The notes under the pieces are model-generated. The model was not told the DNA's origin and ran no database searches. It saw only the letters and a list, made by a program, of their open reading frames with translations. 64,000 bases of DNA from Elusimicrobia bacterium RIFOXYA2_FULL_47_53 (GTDB lineage Bacteria > Elusimicrobiota > Endomicrobiia > Endomicrobiales > XYA2-FULL-47-53): NCBI GenBank assembly GCA_001800315.1, contig MGVE01000016.1, positions 3,432 through 67,431 of the forward strand, in the 5' to 3' direction. The translations under genes were made by a program, and so were the position numbers. Of the stretch, positions 1 through 10,800 are shown one piece after another. Each line of letters begins with the position of its first letter. Position 1 is the stretch's first letter.

Positions 1-1466
1 CCGACGGGTTTGAAGACGGAACCATCGCGCCGACCGCCGCCGGGACATCCATAATGTTCACGCCGGAGGAATCGCTCAACGCCCTGCGCCGCATGTATTT
101 CAAATATAAACAGTGGTCCTGGGGCAAAAACGGCTTCGCGGATTCTTTCAAGATCAATGTAAATGCCAAGTGCCCGTACGCGCTGGGGCTTGATAACGCT
201 CCCATTATTATCGGAATAGAAAACTATCGGACAGGCATGGTATGGAACACCTCAATGGCTAATCCGCACCTTTCGTCGGCTCTCTCGCGCGCCGGATTTT
301 CTACCGGTTCAGCCCGCCCCCTGGTCACGGCAAGCTCGCATGAGGGCGAATGGGAAAATCCCGATCCTGCTTCAGTCATGCCGCAAAAGGCCTTTGACAA
401 CGACACTTCAACCCGCTGGTCATCCCAGCATGGCAGCGATCCCCAGTGGCTCTGTATAGATTACAAAACGCCGAGAACAATTAATAAAGTAACCATTAGA
501 TGGGAAGCTGCCTACGCCAGAGCCTATAAAATTCAAACTTCGCTTGACGGCCACACCTGGACTGATGTTTTCTCAACCACAGACGGTGACGGGGGAACAG
601 ACATTATTACCTTTGATCCCGCGGAGTGCCGTTACCTGCGTGTTTACGGAACGCAGCGGGCGAATGTAAGCTGGGGATATTCCATATGGGAAATCAATGC
701 CGAATCCGTCAGCGAGAATGTCGCTCTGCATAAACCCGCTAACGCTTCTTCATACATTACTATGCCGCCTTATTATAACTATGTTCCTTCGTACGCGTTT
801 GACGGCCTGACGGCTCCGGCCGCGCCCGGAGATGAAGGTTATTTCTGGGCTTCGGTGCCCGAGTACCATCCCTGGATCTCCGTTGATCTTGGGGCCCCTA
901 CCCTGATAAACAGAATTGTTTTATTCTGGGAGCAAAACAGCCATGCCTCAAATTATTCAATTCAAGTTTCAACCGATGGTTCTTTCTGGAGCGCTATAAA
1001 CCCGGATGCGGGCGGAAACTTTGAGGCATGCCGCGCGAAGTTTGTCAGGCTTTACGGTAATGAGACACAACCTGTTACCTACAGCCTCTGGGAAATGCAG
1101 GTCTTCGGCTTCCCCACGGACAGCCCGCTTTCATTTACAGCTAAAGCGCCCTTCATTGACCCTGAATTTAAATTAGGCGAGGTGTATTCTTTTCCAAATC
1201 CGGCTTTGAACTCCAAAAAACCAACGATTCATTTTGAATGCGGCTTAGCCGATCGTCTTGAGCTGAAATTTTATGATATATCAGGAAGCGAACTGCATTC
1301 AACTCAAATCGCGTCATCGCCGTCTGTCATCGGGAACAAATACGCCTATGAGTACACTTGGGATACCTCAAATATCGCCCCTGGCGTCTATATTTACAGC
1401 GTCAAAGCGGAAAAGAACGGAGCCTCCGATATCAAGGTGCTCAAGAAACTTGCCATTGTAAAATAG
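1..1466 (+). CDS. 5-prime-truncated secreted protein: tail of a glucoamylase/GH144-like (PF10091-type) domain, two F5/8 type C (discoidin) domains, and a T9SS-type C-terminal sorting domain
   Basis: Frame 3 is open from base 3 to the listed Met at 54, so the CDS enters from the left edge. GLDNAPIIIGIENYRTGMVWN resembles the conserved end of glucoamylase-like glycosidases. Two discoidin signatures are present (FDNDTSTRWSS...YLRVYG...WEINA, and AFDG...FVRLYG...LWEMQVFG). The C-terminus YSFPNP...LELKFYDISGSEL...GVYIYSV...KKLAIVK fits the Por secretion tail pattern. Confidence 0.8.
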   Translation, partial: DGFEDGTIAPTAAGTSIMFTPEESLNALRRMYFKYKQWSWGKNGFADSFKINVNAKCPYALGLDNAPIIIGIENYRTGMVWNTSMANPHLSSALSRAGFSTGSARPLVTASSHEGEWENPDPASVMPQKAFDNDTSTRWSSQHGSDPQWLCIDYKTPRTINKVTIRWEAAYARAYKIQTSLDGHTWTDVFSTTDGDGGTDIITFDPAECRYLRVYGTQRANVSWGYSIWEINAESVSENVALHKPANASSYITMPPYYNYVPSYAFDGLTAPAAPGDEGYFWASVPEYHPWISVDLGAPTLINRIVLFWEQNSHASNYSIQVSTDGSFWSAINPDAGGNFEACRAKFVRLYGNETQPVTYSLWEMQVFGFPTDSPLSFTAKAPFIDPEFKLGEVYSFPNPALNSKKPTIHFECGLADRLELKFYDISGSELHSTQIASSPSVIGNKYAYEYTWDTSNIAPGVYIYSVKAEKNGASDIKVLKKLAIVK

Positions 1467-1486
1467 TAATTGTCGGAGCTGAGTAA

Positions 1487-2404
1487 ATGAAAAAAATTAT
1501 CTTTTACCTTTTAGCCGTAACCATTCTGCCTCTCGCCGGCATGTATTCCTACGCTGGAACTGCCGGTGCTGCGTTCCTCAAAATTGGAACCAGCGCCCGC
1601 GCGGTCGGAATGGGATCGGCTTATACCGCCGTTTCCGGAGATGTCAGCTCAATTCATTACAATCCCGCCGGTACCGCTTCAATTACCGCAAGACAGGCCA
1701 GCGCTATGCACACGCAGTGGTTTTGCGATATTACTCACGATGCCGCGAGTATTGTGCTTCCCGCGGACTGGGGGAACATCGGAGCGGGCCTGATCCGCCT
1801 AACGCAAGGCACGCTTGAGGGACGCGACGACAACCGGGAGTTAACCGATCCTTTCAGCGCCGGAGACACGGCGGCTTTTATTAACTACAGCGCTAAGCTC
1901 ACTCCGTCGGTTCATTCCGGTATGAACATCAAGTATGTCAAAGAGGAGATCGCGCAGTATTCTGCCTCGGGAATAGCTTTTGACGCCGGCGTTTTATACA
2001 CGCCGGAAAATGAACTGTATGCCTTAGGCCTGTCAGTTTTAAATGCGGGTCAGCGGATGAAATTTATTTCCGAAGAGTTTTCCATGCCTTTAACGATTTC
2101 CGGAGGGCTGTCATTTAACCCAGCGAAAAAAATACTGCTTACAGGCGATATAAAACATCAACCCGGAATCATCACGGATTTCTGCCTTGGGGTGGAATAT
2201 TCGGTTTTTGACGCTCTTCAGCTGAGAGCCGGCTGCGTTATAAACCCGCTATCCGGTTCTAAAACTTACTACAGTCAGAGTTTAATATCCAGCGCTTCGG
2301 CAGGGATAGGCTTTAAGTTTTTTGGAAACCGGCTTGATTACGCCTTCACACCAGACGACATCCTCGGGTCAACTCATCGCTTCAGTTTTTCGCTTGATTT
2401 CTAA
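1487..2404 (+). CDS. PorV/PorQ-family (UPF0164) outer-membrane beta-barrel, paired with the upstream CTD protein
   Basis: Signal peptide, then AAFLKIGTSARAVGMGSAYTAV...IHYNPAG. The barrel ends LDYAFTPDDILGSTHRFSFSLDF (terminal Phe). It starts 20 nt after the cargo stop. Confidence 0.75.
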   Translation: MKKIIFYLLAVTILPLAGMYSYAGTAGAAFLKIGTSARAVGMGSAYTAVSGDVSSIHYNPAGTASITARQASAMHTQWFCDITHDAASIVLPADWGNIGAGLIRLTQGTLEGRDDNRELTDPFSAGDTAAFINYSAKLTPSVHSGMNIKYVKEEIAQYSASGIAFDAGVLYTPENELYALGLSVLNAGQRMKFISEEFSMPLTISGGLSFNPAKKILLTGDIKHQPGIITDFCLGVEYSVFDALQLRAGCVINPLSGSKTYYSQSLISSASAGIGFKFFGNRLDYAFTPDDILGSTHRFSFSLDF

Positions 2405-2485
2405 CCGCAAACCCGTCCAAAACAAAAAAAATGAATCATAATAAGATCTGATTCAATTTATTTTTTAGGGATGGCGGGGAAATAA

Positions 2486-4444
2486 TTACTGGTTGGTTTT
2501 AGCCTGCGAGTCCTGCCATCTGGGCAGTGTAAAACAAAACTTGCTGCCTTTCTCAATTTTACTCTCTATCCAAACGCTGCCGCCGTGCAGTTCCAGGATT
2601 TTTTTCACTACCGCGAGGCCCAGCCCCGCTCCTTCCACCTGCCCCGTTTTGTATTCGTCTATCTGGTAGAATTTCTGAAATATTTTTTTATGCTCTTCGG
2701 AAGGTATGCCGAGCCCGTTATCCGAAACCTGAAGCATAACGAAATTGTTGTCAGCCAGCCCTCCGTTTATATGAATTATCTTTTCGGGCTTGTCGTTAAA
2801 CTTAACCGCGTTTTCAACTATATTTTCAACAACCTCTATAATCTTAGCCGTGTCAATCATCAGATCCGGCAGTCGGGAAAGTTCCTCTCCGACTATAACA
2901 GTTGTTTTATTTTTATCCAAAAAAGCTCCAAGGCCGAGCAGGCTTGTGTCAACAACTTTCTTTATGCTTATCCTTTCAGGGGTTAATTCGGTATACTCTG
3001 ACTCCAAAAGCGTGAATCTTATCAGCTTATCAACGAGCAGGTTAAGCGTGTTGCCTTCCCTTTCTATGGTAGTCAGCGCCTGCCTTGTCAGCTTATCTAA
3101 ATCTTTTGCCTTTTCCAGCAGCAGAGACGAATAGCCGTTTATAGCCGTCAATGGCGTGCGAAGTTTGTGGGAAATAAGCGCCAGGAAATCAATCTTCTGC
3201 TTGCCCTCTTTCTTTTCTTCCGTAATGTCTCTTAAAACGAAAATATGGCCTATGACATTTTTATCCTGGCCGGCTATCTTAGTGGCCATTACACTTAAAA
3301 ACAGCGACTTTCCTTTTACCCTTGAAAGCTCAAAGTTTACCGAGCGGGCCGTATCGGAGTTTATGGTTTCCCACGGCAGGGAGGGGGCGTAATCCGGTAT
3401 CATTTCTATAAAGCTTCTGTCTAAACTGTCTGTTTCACTCAGGCCCAGAAGCTCCCTCGCGGAATTGTTCAGCCTCATCACATTGAATCCGGCATCCGTC
3501 ACGACAGCGCCGTCGGCCATGGCTGAAAAAGTCGCGTTGAGTTCCTCTTTCTCCTGCTCAAGGCTGTTGAAAAGATAAGTGTTTTCAATTGCTATGGCGG
3601 CCTCAACCGCGAAAATAGACAGCAAATTCAGATCCTGTTCCGAAAACACCGCCTCTCTTTCCACTCTCGCCAGGTTAATCACACCCAGGAGCCTGCCTTT
3701 TCTCATCAGAGGGGCAGTCAGCGCGGATTTAATATCCTCATATGGCTCCAGGCCCAAAAACCTCGGGTCATTTTTTACATCTCCCTGTATCACGACAGGT
3801 TTCAGCTCTTTTGCCGAATATCCGGCTATCCTCTCTCCTAAACTCAGCTTTTTGTTAATAACATCATCTTTGCGAGAGCCGATAGCTACCTTCACAGTCA
3901 GTTCGTTAGCCTTTGAGTCATACAGCATTATGGAGCCGCTGTCGGCGCTCAATGTGTCGCTGGATAGTTTAAGAATAAGGTTTAAAAGCTCGTCAAGCCC
4001 CATTATGGAGCTTATAGCCTTGCTGACCTCGTAGAGGTTAACCAGCTGTTTTAATTCGCTGATCTCGGCCGAAAGCCTTTGCTTCTCAAAACAACGCTTA
4101 ACTATGAGGTCCAGCTCGGTAATATCAAATGTTTTGGGAACATAATCATAGGCGCCGAGCTTCATGGCCTGCACCGCGTTGGCAATAGTGCCGTGAGCCG
4201 TGATCATAATGACATCGGTCTTAGAGTAATTGTCCTTAATATGCTTAAGAACAGCGAGGCCGTCCATCTCGGGGAGTTTCAGGTCGGTTATGACTATTTC
4301 ACACGGGTTAGCCTTTAATACTTCTATCCCGCCTTCACCGCTGTCGGCGGAAAAAACTTCGTAGCCTTCGGATTTGAACAATTCCACGCAGGCTTTTCTT
4401 ATGTATTCGTCGTCGTCAATTACAAGTATGCTTTTCTTTTCCAT
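2486..4444 (-). CDS. hybrid sensor histidine kinase (REC-GAF-PAS-HisKA-HATPase)
   Basis: Receiver motif ILVIDDD...TDLKLPEMDG. GAF-like and PAS-like middle region. H-box ISHKLRTPL. ATPase boxes ENAVKF, DNGLGI, GAGLGLAV. Confidence 0.85.
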   Translation of the reverse strand: MEKKSILVIDDDEYIRKACVELFKSEGYEVFSADSGEGGIEVLKANPCEIVITDLKLPEMDGLAVLKHIKDNYSKTDVIMITAHGTIANAVQAMKLGAYDYVPKTFDITELDLIVKRCFEKQRLSAEISELKQLVNLYEVSKAISSIMGLDELLNLILKLSSDTLSADSGSIMLYDSKANELTVKVAIGSRKDDVINKKLSLGERIAGYSAKELKPVVIQGDVKNDPRFLGLEPYEDIKSALTAPLMRKGRLLGVINLARVEREAVFSEQDLNLLSIFAVEAAIAIENTYLFNSLEQEKEELNATFSAMADGAVVTDAGFNVMRLNNSARELLGLSETDSLDRSFIEMIPDYAPSLPWETINSDTARSVNFELSRVKGKSLFLSVMATKIAGQDKNVIGHIFVLRDITEEKKEGKQKIDFLALISHKLRTPLTAINGYSSLLLEKAKDLDKLTRQALTTIEREGNTLNLLVDKLIRFTLLESEYTELTPERISIKKVVDTSLLGLGAFLDKNKTTVIVGEELSRLPDLMIDTAKIIEVVENIVENAVKFNDKPEKIIHINGGLADNNFVMLQVSDNGLGIPSEEHKKIFQKFYQIDEYKTGQVEGAGLGLAVVKKILELHGGSVWIESKIEKGSKFCFTLPRWQDSQAKTNQ

Positions 4445-4452
4445 AGTGAGGT

Positions 4453-5874
4453 TTACGCGGGGGGGAGGCTGAAAGTAAATTTGCTTCCTTTTCCAAGTTC
4501 GCTTTCAACCGAGACCCTGCCGCCCATTGATTCCATAATTCCTTTCACGATTGCGAGGCCAAGACCGGTGCCCTTTGGCTTTGGGTTCTTGCCCTGGGTG
4601 CCGATTATCTGCTCAAATTTATCAAATATTTTGTCCAGTTTATCGGAAGGTATTCCTATGCCGCTGTCGCGCACCGAAACAAATATGAGTTTCTGCTTTT
4701 CGTCGTAACCGGCGCCCACGGAAATCGCCCCTTCCTGCGGTGTGAACTTTACGGCGTTGCTTAGAAGGTTAATAAGCACCTGCCTCGTCCTGTCCGGGTC
4801 CCCTAATGCAGGTGGAAGTTTTTCCGGCGCCTCTGAAGTAAATACAATATGCTTTTCGTCAAATTGGGGTTTAAACAACTGAATAGTTTCAGTAATGACG
4901 CCGAGGAGATCCAGCGTCTGGAGCGATACTTCCATCTTTCCGCGCTCTATCTTCGCCACATCCAGAAGGTCGTCAATAAAACGGCTGAGGCGCAGGGCGC
5001 AGTTTTTCATTATTTCAAGGTATTCCTTCTGCTTGTCGTTAATGGCTCCGGCCGTGCCTTTAAAAAACAGGTCTATGTAGAGCTTAAGGGAAAGCAGAGG
5101 GGACCGCAGTTCGTGGGTTACGCTTGATACAAAATCGCTCTTCATCTGGTCAAGCTCTTTAAGCTTTTCGCTCATCTTGTTAAATTCCGCGGCCAGATCT
5201 CCCAGTTCATCTTTGGTTTCAACGGATATTTTGTGGTCCAGCTTGCCCTGCCCGATTATACCGGCCCCCTGGGCCAGAATTTTTATAGGTTTCGTCATCA
5301 TGGCGGTCAACACAAAAGCGCCCAGAAGCCCGCAGAGCAGAGCCGCCGCAGACACAAGCATGATTCTTTTGCGCGCTCCGGATAAGGCGTCTTCAACTTC
5401 TTTATTAATCAATTCCTGATAAAACCCCAGCCTTACGGTTCCCTGACGGTCCTCACTGACCACGACCGGCATGGACAAATCAAGCAGATCCCGGCCGTCG
5501 CCGCCCTTGTATTTAATGACAGTATAATCCGAAGCCGCGAAGGCCTTTTTACTTACCTCGTCGCCCGGGACGGCTCCCAGAAGGTTGATATCGGTATGCG
5601 CCAGGATCCTGCCCGTACCGTCGGTGACCATGGCGTAGGCGAGCCCCTTTGTATTCTTAATTAGTTTCAGGTAATTGAGAAGAATTATCTCATCTTTGAC
5701 AATCAAAGATTCCTTGGCGGCCTGAGCCAGGCTTTTGACCATTCCGGCCCTGCTGTTTTCAAACTCTCTTACCAGAAAGCGGCTCTCGGAAATTATGAAC
5801 GAAACGCTCACTCCCGAAATAATGATAATTACAAGAAGACTGATAAGCAGGCTGAATTTAGTTTTTAATCTCAT
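4453..5874 (-). CDS. membrane sensor histidine kinase (2 TM + periplasmic sensor, HAMP, HisKA, HATPase)
   Basis: N-terminal TM and a second TM before a HAMP-like DELGDLAAEFNKM. H-box VTHELRSPL. SNAVKFT, DSGIGI, GTGLGLAI. There is an 8-nt gap to the downstream kinase. Confidence 0.85.
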   Translation of the reverse strand: MRLKTKFSLLISLLVIIIISGVSVSFIISESRFLVREFENSRAGMVKSLAQAAKESLIVKDEIILLNYLKLIKNTKGLAYAMVTDGTGRILAHTDINLLGAVPGDEVSKKAFAASDYTVIKYKGGDGRDLLDLSMPVVVSEDRQGTVRLGFYQELINKEVEDALSGARKRIMLVSAAALLCGLLGAFVLTAMMTKPIKILAQGAGIIGQGKLDHKISVETKDELGDLAAEFNKMSEKLKELDQMKSDFVSSVTHELRSPLLSLKLYIDLFFKGTAGAINDKQKEYLEIMKNCALRLSRFIDDLLDVAKIERGKMEVSLQTLDLLGVITETIQLFKPQFDEKHIVFTSEAPEKLPPALGDPDRTRQVLINLLSNAVKFTPQEGAISVGAGYDEKQKLIFVSVRDSGIGIPSDKLDKIFDKFEQIIGTQGKNPKPKGTGLGLAIVKGIMESMGGRVSVESELGKGSKFTFSLPPA

Positions 5875-5885
5875 CGTATGTCCCG

Positions 5886-7853
5886 TTATTTTCTGTTCTT
5901 TAACTCTTCTCTGGCCCTGTTTAAATTATTATTTATCTTCTCATTTTCCGGGTCAAGGTCGGATGCCTTCTGCCAGTTCCTTATGGCATCCTGCAGGTTG
6001 CCTGACTCATAGGCCTTTAAGCCTTCTCTGTTGAAGGTTTCGGCCTCGGTTTTCCGCATTGCCTCATATTCAATCCTGGCCTTATTCAGGCTTTCCGAAA
6101 TAGAAGAATTCCCGGGATCAAGCTTTGCCGCCTCGGCAAGAAACTTTACGGCTGAATTATAATCTTTTTCCTGGTAAGATTTCATGCCCCTGTCCGCGTA
6201 CTCCTGAGCCATCATCTTTCTTGTTTCTTTTAAGTATTTTTCAGCCTCGGCCCGGCCGGGAATAAGTTTTAGAGAGTATTCAAACTGGGCAACGGCCGCT
6301 TCCCAGATGCCTTTTTTATATAACTCCTGGCCTTTCTTGTAGGCCGCGTCGGACAGTTTCGTCAACTCGGCCAGTTCTTCTCTCTTTTTCTTTTCAGCGA
6401 GTTTCTCAAGCTCGGCTTTCGCCAGCTCAATATTCTCGCGCGCCGGTTTGTGCGCCGGATCCATCAAAAGAAGTTTTTCCCAGAGTGAAATCGCGTCGTG
6501 ATACTGGCCCTGCCTGAAGAAATCCTGGCCCTGCCTGAATATGCTCTCGGCTCTAAGGGACTTCTGCCTGCCAAGGGCCGCGTCTAATTTAGGCGCATAG
6601 GCCGCCACGGAGGCGTCGGCCGGGAAAAGCTGAACCATGCTGTCGTAAAGCTCTTTTGCCTCGGAAAGCCTGGCGTCATTTATATACGCCTCAAGCAGGG
6701 TAAAATATTTATCAACTTTAACGGAACTTATACCGGAGCGGATTAAAGCTGAAATGGTTTTGGCTTCTTCATTAAGCGGATCAACGGAAAGGACATAATT
6801 TGCTTCAATGTTGGCGCTTATCAGATCCTTTTTCTGATAATACCTTACCGCTTTGGCCAGCCTCGCCGATAAATTTGAATCCACAAGCGCTTTTTCATGA
6901 TCTCTGCCAAAACGGTAATTAATGCCTATCCTGTGGGTATTGCCAAGAATTCCGTAAGGAGCGAAAGCGTAGTCAACCGAAATATACTCGTTGCCGAGCC
7001 CTATTCCGCCTACTAACCCGGGTTCAATATCGTACTGAGCTGTTTGTGACTTATACCTGTAGCCGGCGCGCAGGGAAATCCAATCCGTCAGCTTATAGTC
7101 AAGCCCGGCATTAAGAGACAGCGCCGCGTCCGCTGGCATATTGGCGTCTAATGAAAATGTCAGAGTGTCGTACAGAAAATTCTGTGCGAGCCCCAGTTTA
7201 TAATTTGAGGGGAGGGGATACTCTTCTTTAACGAACTTAACCTGAGTTCCCAGATTCTGCGCCGCTAAAGCAAGTTTTAACTCGTTGCCAATCCAGCCTG
7301 CGGCGTTATTTAATCCGGTTTTAAGGCCGTATATAAAACCAAGATCCGCGGCGTAAGCGACGGCTGATTCTCCGGCAAGGTTTTCGCTCAAATATTTAAT
7401 GTTCATGCCGCAATCAACTCCGTAGAACTTAGCTCCATAGGACAAAACCGCGGCCAAATCGGAAGCTTTCACTGTATTTTGAAGCCTTGCGCCGTAATTG
7501 TCATAAGCCTCCACATCGCCGGATGAGAGGTAATAAAGGCTTAAACCCGCGGTGCCGTGGTTTTTTATGGGGTGGGCATAGGAAGCAAACTGGTAGTTTA
7601 TTCCTTCAAACCAGCTTAGATGCATTAACGACACCTGGCGCGAGCGAAGCCGCGAAAGCCCCGCGGGGTTCCAATAAGGAGCGCTGGCGTCATCGGCCAC
7701 GGCTGAGAACGCTCCGCCTGAACCGAGAGCCTTTGCGCCCGCCTCAATCTTAAGAAAATTCATACCCGTGCTTCCCGCTGACCCGGCAAACAGCCTGGCG
7801 GGGAATAAAAGCAACATGGAAAGAATGATTTTATGCCATAAAATATTTTTCAT
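5886..7853 (-). CDS. PorV/PorQ-family barrel fused to a C-terminal TPR-repeat domain
   Basis: Signal peptide, MNFLKIEAGAKALGSGGAFSAV...YWNPAGLSRL. Barrel end VDYAFAPYGILGNTHRIGINYRF. About 330 aa of TPR-like repeats follow (e.g. GQYHDAISLWEKLLLMDPAH, GNLQDAIRNWQKASDLDPEN). Its start overlaps the upstream cargo stop by 4 nt. Confidence 0.75.
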   Translation of the reverse strand: MKNILWHKIILSMLLLFPARLFAGSAGSTGMNFLKIEAGAKALGSGGAFSAVADDASAPYWNPAGLSRLRSRQVSLMHLSWFEGINYQFASYAHPIKNHGTAGLSLYYLSSGDVEAYDNYGARLQNTVKASDLAAVLSYGAKFYGVDCGMNIKYLSENLAGESAVAYAADLGFIYGLKTGLNNAAGWIGNELKLALAAQNLGTQVKFVKEEYPLPSNYKLGLAQNFLYDTLTFSLDANMPADAALSLNAGLDYKLTDWISLRAGYRYKSQTAQYDIEPGLVGGIGLGNEYISVDYAFAPYGILGNTHRIGINYRFGRDHEKALVDSNLSARLAKAVRYYQKKDLISANIEANYVLSVDPLNEEAKTISALIRSGISSVKVDKYFTLLEAYINDARLSEAKELYDSMVQLFPADASVAAYAPKLDAALGRQKSLRAESIFRQGQDFFRQGQYHDAISLWEKLLLMDPAHKPARENIELAKAELEKLAEKKKREELAELTKLSDAAYKKGQELYKKGIWEAAVAQFEYSLKLIPGRAEAEKYLKETRKMMAQEYADRGMKSYQEKDYNSAVKFLAEAAKLDPGNSSISESLNKARIEYEAMRKTEAETFNREGLKAYESGNLQDAIRNWQKASDLDPENEKINNNLNRAREELKNRK

Positions 7854-10800
7854 TTGATTATTATGATTTTACCGGACTTATGCTCCCTGGCGTTTTCAAT
7901 ATAATAAACATACAACCCGCTCGCGACACTTTCTCCCGAACTGTTTTTTCCGTCCCAGACAAGCTCCTCTTTGCCGCCGCTGAAGTTGTAGTCAAGGGCC
8001 CGCACAAGCTCGCCCGAAACTGTATAAACGCGTATAGTCGCCTGAGAACTTAACCCGGTAAAGGTAATGCCTCCGCTTTCGGTACCGGTCTCATCCTTGC
8101 CGTCAAAGGGTTTCCATGGCACCGGATAAGCGTAAGCGCTGGATAAATCGGTATCGCTGTTGCCCGAGACAGCATAAATTGAAAAGTGGTTAACACGGGC
8201 CGTTACGGTATTTTTCACCGTATCAACTTCCGAATTTGGATTTCTCACCCAGAGTTTTTTTGTCTCGTCCAGCCCGTAAATACTCAGGGTATTTTCCTTT
8301 ACCAGCCTGCCGTTTGAAGTGGTTACGAAACCATCGCCGTTTTCAGCATAGGGGATAACGATTGAAACACTTTTCTGGAATTTATCGCCGGCCAGTGTTC
8401 CGGCGTAAGTTCCTTTGTACATCAGGAATTTTCTCACACCCGAGTTGACCGCTCCGGCATAGGGGCCTCTAAGGCCGATAGCTTTGCCGTCGGCGTCGGT
8501 AAGCAGGGTTCCAATAGCGGGACTGGTGTCTATAATTATGTAATAATCAAAATCAACCGCTCCAGGCACAATCGTGACTTTTGTAGCGGAATCTCCCGCC
8601 GTAAAAATATTTTCAGCCAGGCAGTCCACGACTGTTGTGAATTGCCAGATTTTTCCTGAGATGATTGCGTTTCCGTAAAGGTCTTTCGCGTCAGTGGATA
8701 CCGTCACGCGGTATTTATAACCCTTTTTCCAGAGAGCCGAAAAACTCAGCGTTTTATCTGAATACTCAACAGTGCCTGAGACAGGCTCATTAATATCAGC
8801 CCCGAGGTTATCTTTAACAGCTCTTACCGATATAGCGCTTTTTGCCGCGGCAGGATCCATATCGTCACTGAGGAAAGTAACCCTGGCAGGTTCTGACACG
8901 GCTATGCCTATGGCGTCTTCCGCGGGAGAAACAGTGCCCGAAAGAGCGGGCATATCAGTTATGGTAAACTCCCAGATCTTCGCGGCGGCCATGGCGTTGC
9001 CGTAAAGATCCTGCGCTCCGGTGGAGATTGTCACCTGATATTTGTAGCCCTTCTTCCAAAGCGCGGAAAATGTAAGCGTCTTTGAAGAGGTTGAATATTC
9101 AACGGTTCCGCCGGCCGCTTCGCTTATCGCGACCCCAGCGCTGTCCCGCACAGCTATTACGGTAATCGCCGCGACAACAGTGGCAGAGCTCATATCATCA
9201 TTCCAGAACACAGCTTTAACCGGTTCAGCAGGGCTTACTCCGGAAGAATTTTCAGAAGGGGAAACGGTGACTATTGCAGGAAGGTTCATCGTGGTAAATT
9301 CCCAGACTTTCGCGGCGGCCATGGCGTTGCCGTAAAGATCCTGCGCTCCGGTGGAGATTGTCACCTGATATTTGTAACCCTTTTTCCAAAGCGCGGAAAA
9401 TGTAAGCGTCTTTGAAGAGGTTGAATATTCAACGGTTCCGCCGGCCGCTTCGCTTATCGCGACCCCAGCGCTGTCCCGCACAGCTATTACGGTAATCGCC
9501 GCGACAACAGTGGCAGAGCTCATATCATCATTCCAGAACACAGCTTTAACCGGTTCAGCAGGGCTTACTCCGGAAGAATTTTCAGAAGGGGAAACGGTGA
9601 CTATTGCAGGAAGGTTCATCGTGGTAAATTCCCAGACTTTCGCGGCGGCCATGGCGTTGCCGTAAAGATCCTGCGCTCCGGTGGAGATTGTCACCTGATA
9701 TTTGTAACCCTTTTTCCAAAGCGCGGAAAATGTAAGCGTCTTTGAAGAGGTTGAATATTCAACGGTTCCGCCGGCCGCTTCGCTTATCGCGACCCCAGCG
9801 CTGTCCCGCACAGCCTTGACGGTAATCGCCGGCACCACGGTTGAAGAACTCATATATTCGCTGAATACCGCGCTGATAATATCATTTACACCGACATCCG
9901 CGGCATTTTCCGGCGGGGAAACTGAACCGGTAATGGCCGGATAGGTAGGGGCAACGGTGATGTTCTTGTAGGCGACATTGTTGTTTTCAAGCGTCTCGTT
10001 GATTATTCCGCCCGGATAATCAACCGTCACATAAATATCGGTGCTTCCGTTAACCGCGGCCCACTGAAATGTCTCGGACCTGCTGCTGCCCGCGGGTATT
10101 GGCGTCTGGTAAACCGTTGAGCCAATCAACAATCCGCCAGAATCGGGATTGCCGGCATAAAAACCCACAAAGGTTGATGTGCTTTTGAATGCTTTGAAGA
10201 AAACATTCCATTTTCCTGGTATCGCCGCAATACTGCTCCATGTTGAACCAAGATCAGTGCTTCCGGCCAAACAATCTAATGTTGTTCCGGAATCAAGCCA
10301 CAACTGATATCCATTTGCTTTGTCTGATAAATTATAGGCACAAATCCAATAGGTAGTGCCGGAAACCAGGTAGGCAGCCGTGTCAAACTCAAAATCCTGC
10401 CAGCCGAATGAAGTAAATGTGCTGACTACCGCGGTATAAGCCAACTTATCATAACTTTGAAGGCTGGGGCGAATAAAAGAGCTTGCCTCGGTGCGTCGTA
10501 TTTCAACACCCATGGCATCTGAAGTTTCTCCAATGTTATTTATTAAAAGTGAAACCTTTCCCAAGTACATATTCTCCGCGGGGATAAAATACTGACCCCA
10601 GGAAATAGTACTGCAAACTGAAGTATAATCGCTTGAAACACCAACCATATAATCATGCTTGCCAAAAGGAATTTCGTAGGAATACAGGCCGCCGTTATTT
10701 TTGATTACGGCGCTTATGGAAATATTTTCGCTGGGTTCCGGGGTATTATTGCTGAAGGTTATATCGGTACCGGACACAGAAAGGTCGGGAGACGCGGCGT

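Noticed and set aside
2585-4318. Several 79-151 aa + strand ORFs (2585-2986, 2790-3134, 3156-3392, 3579-4034, 4079-4318) inside the minus-strand hybrid kinase gene
   Set aside because: They lie entirely antisense to a CDS with clear REC/GAF/PAS/HK motifs. They have Ser/Leu/Phe-rich shadow-frame composition and no RBS or recognisable domains. The same reasoning applies to the many other embedded antisense ORFs in the track (e.g. 12172-12612, 21139-21588, 40411-40992, 57618-58052).
8960-9815. Possible CRISPR-like array, because of regular repeats
   Set aside because: The period is 330 bp with no unique spacers. The repeats are in-frame coding units of an Ig-repeat protein. No cas genes or short palindromic repeats occur anywhere in the window.
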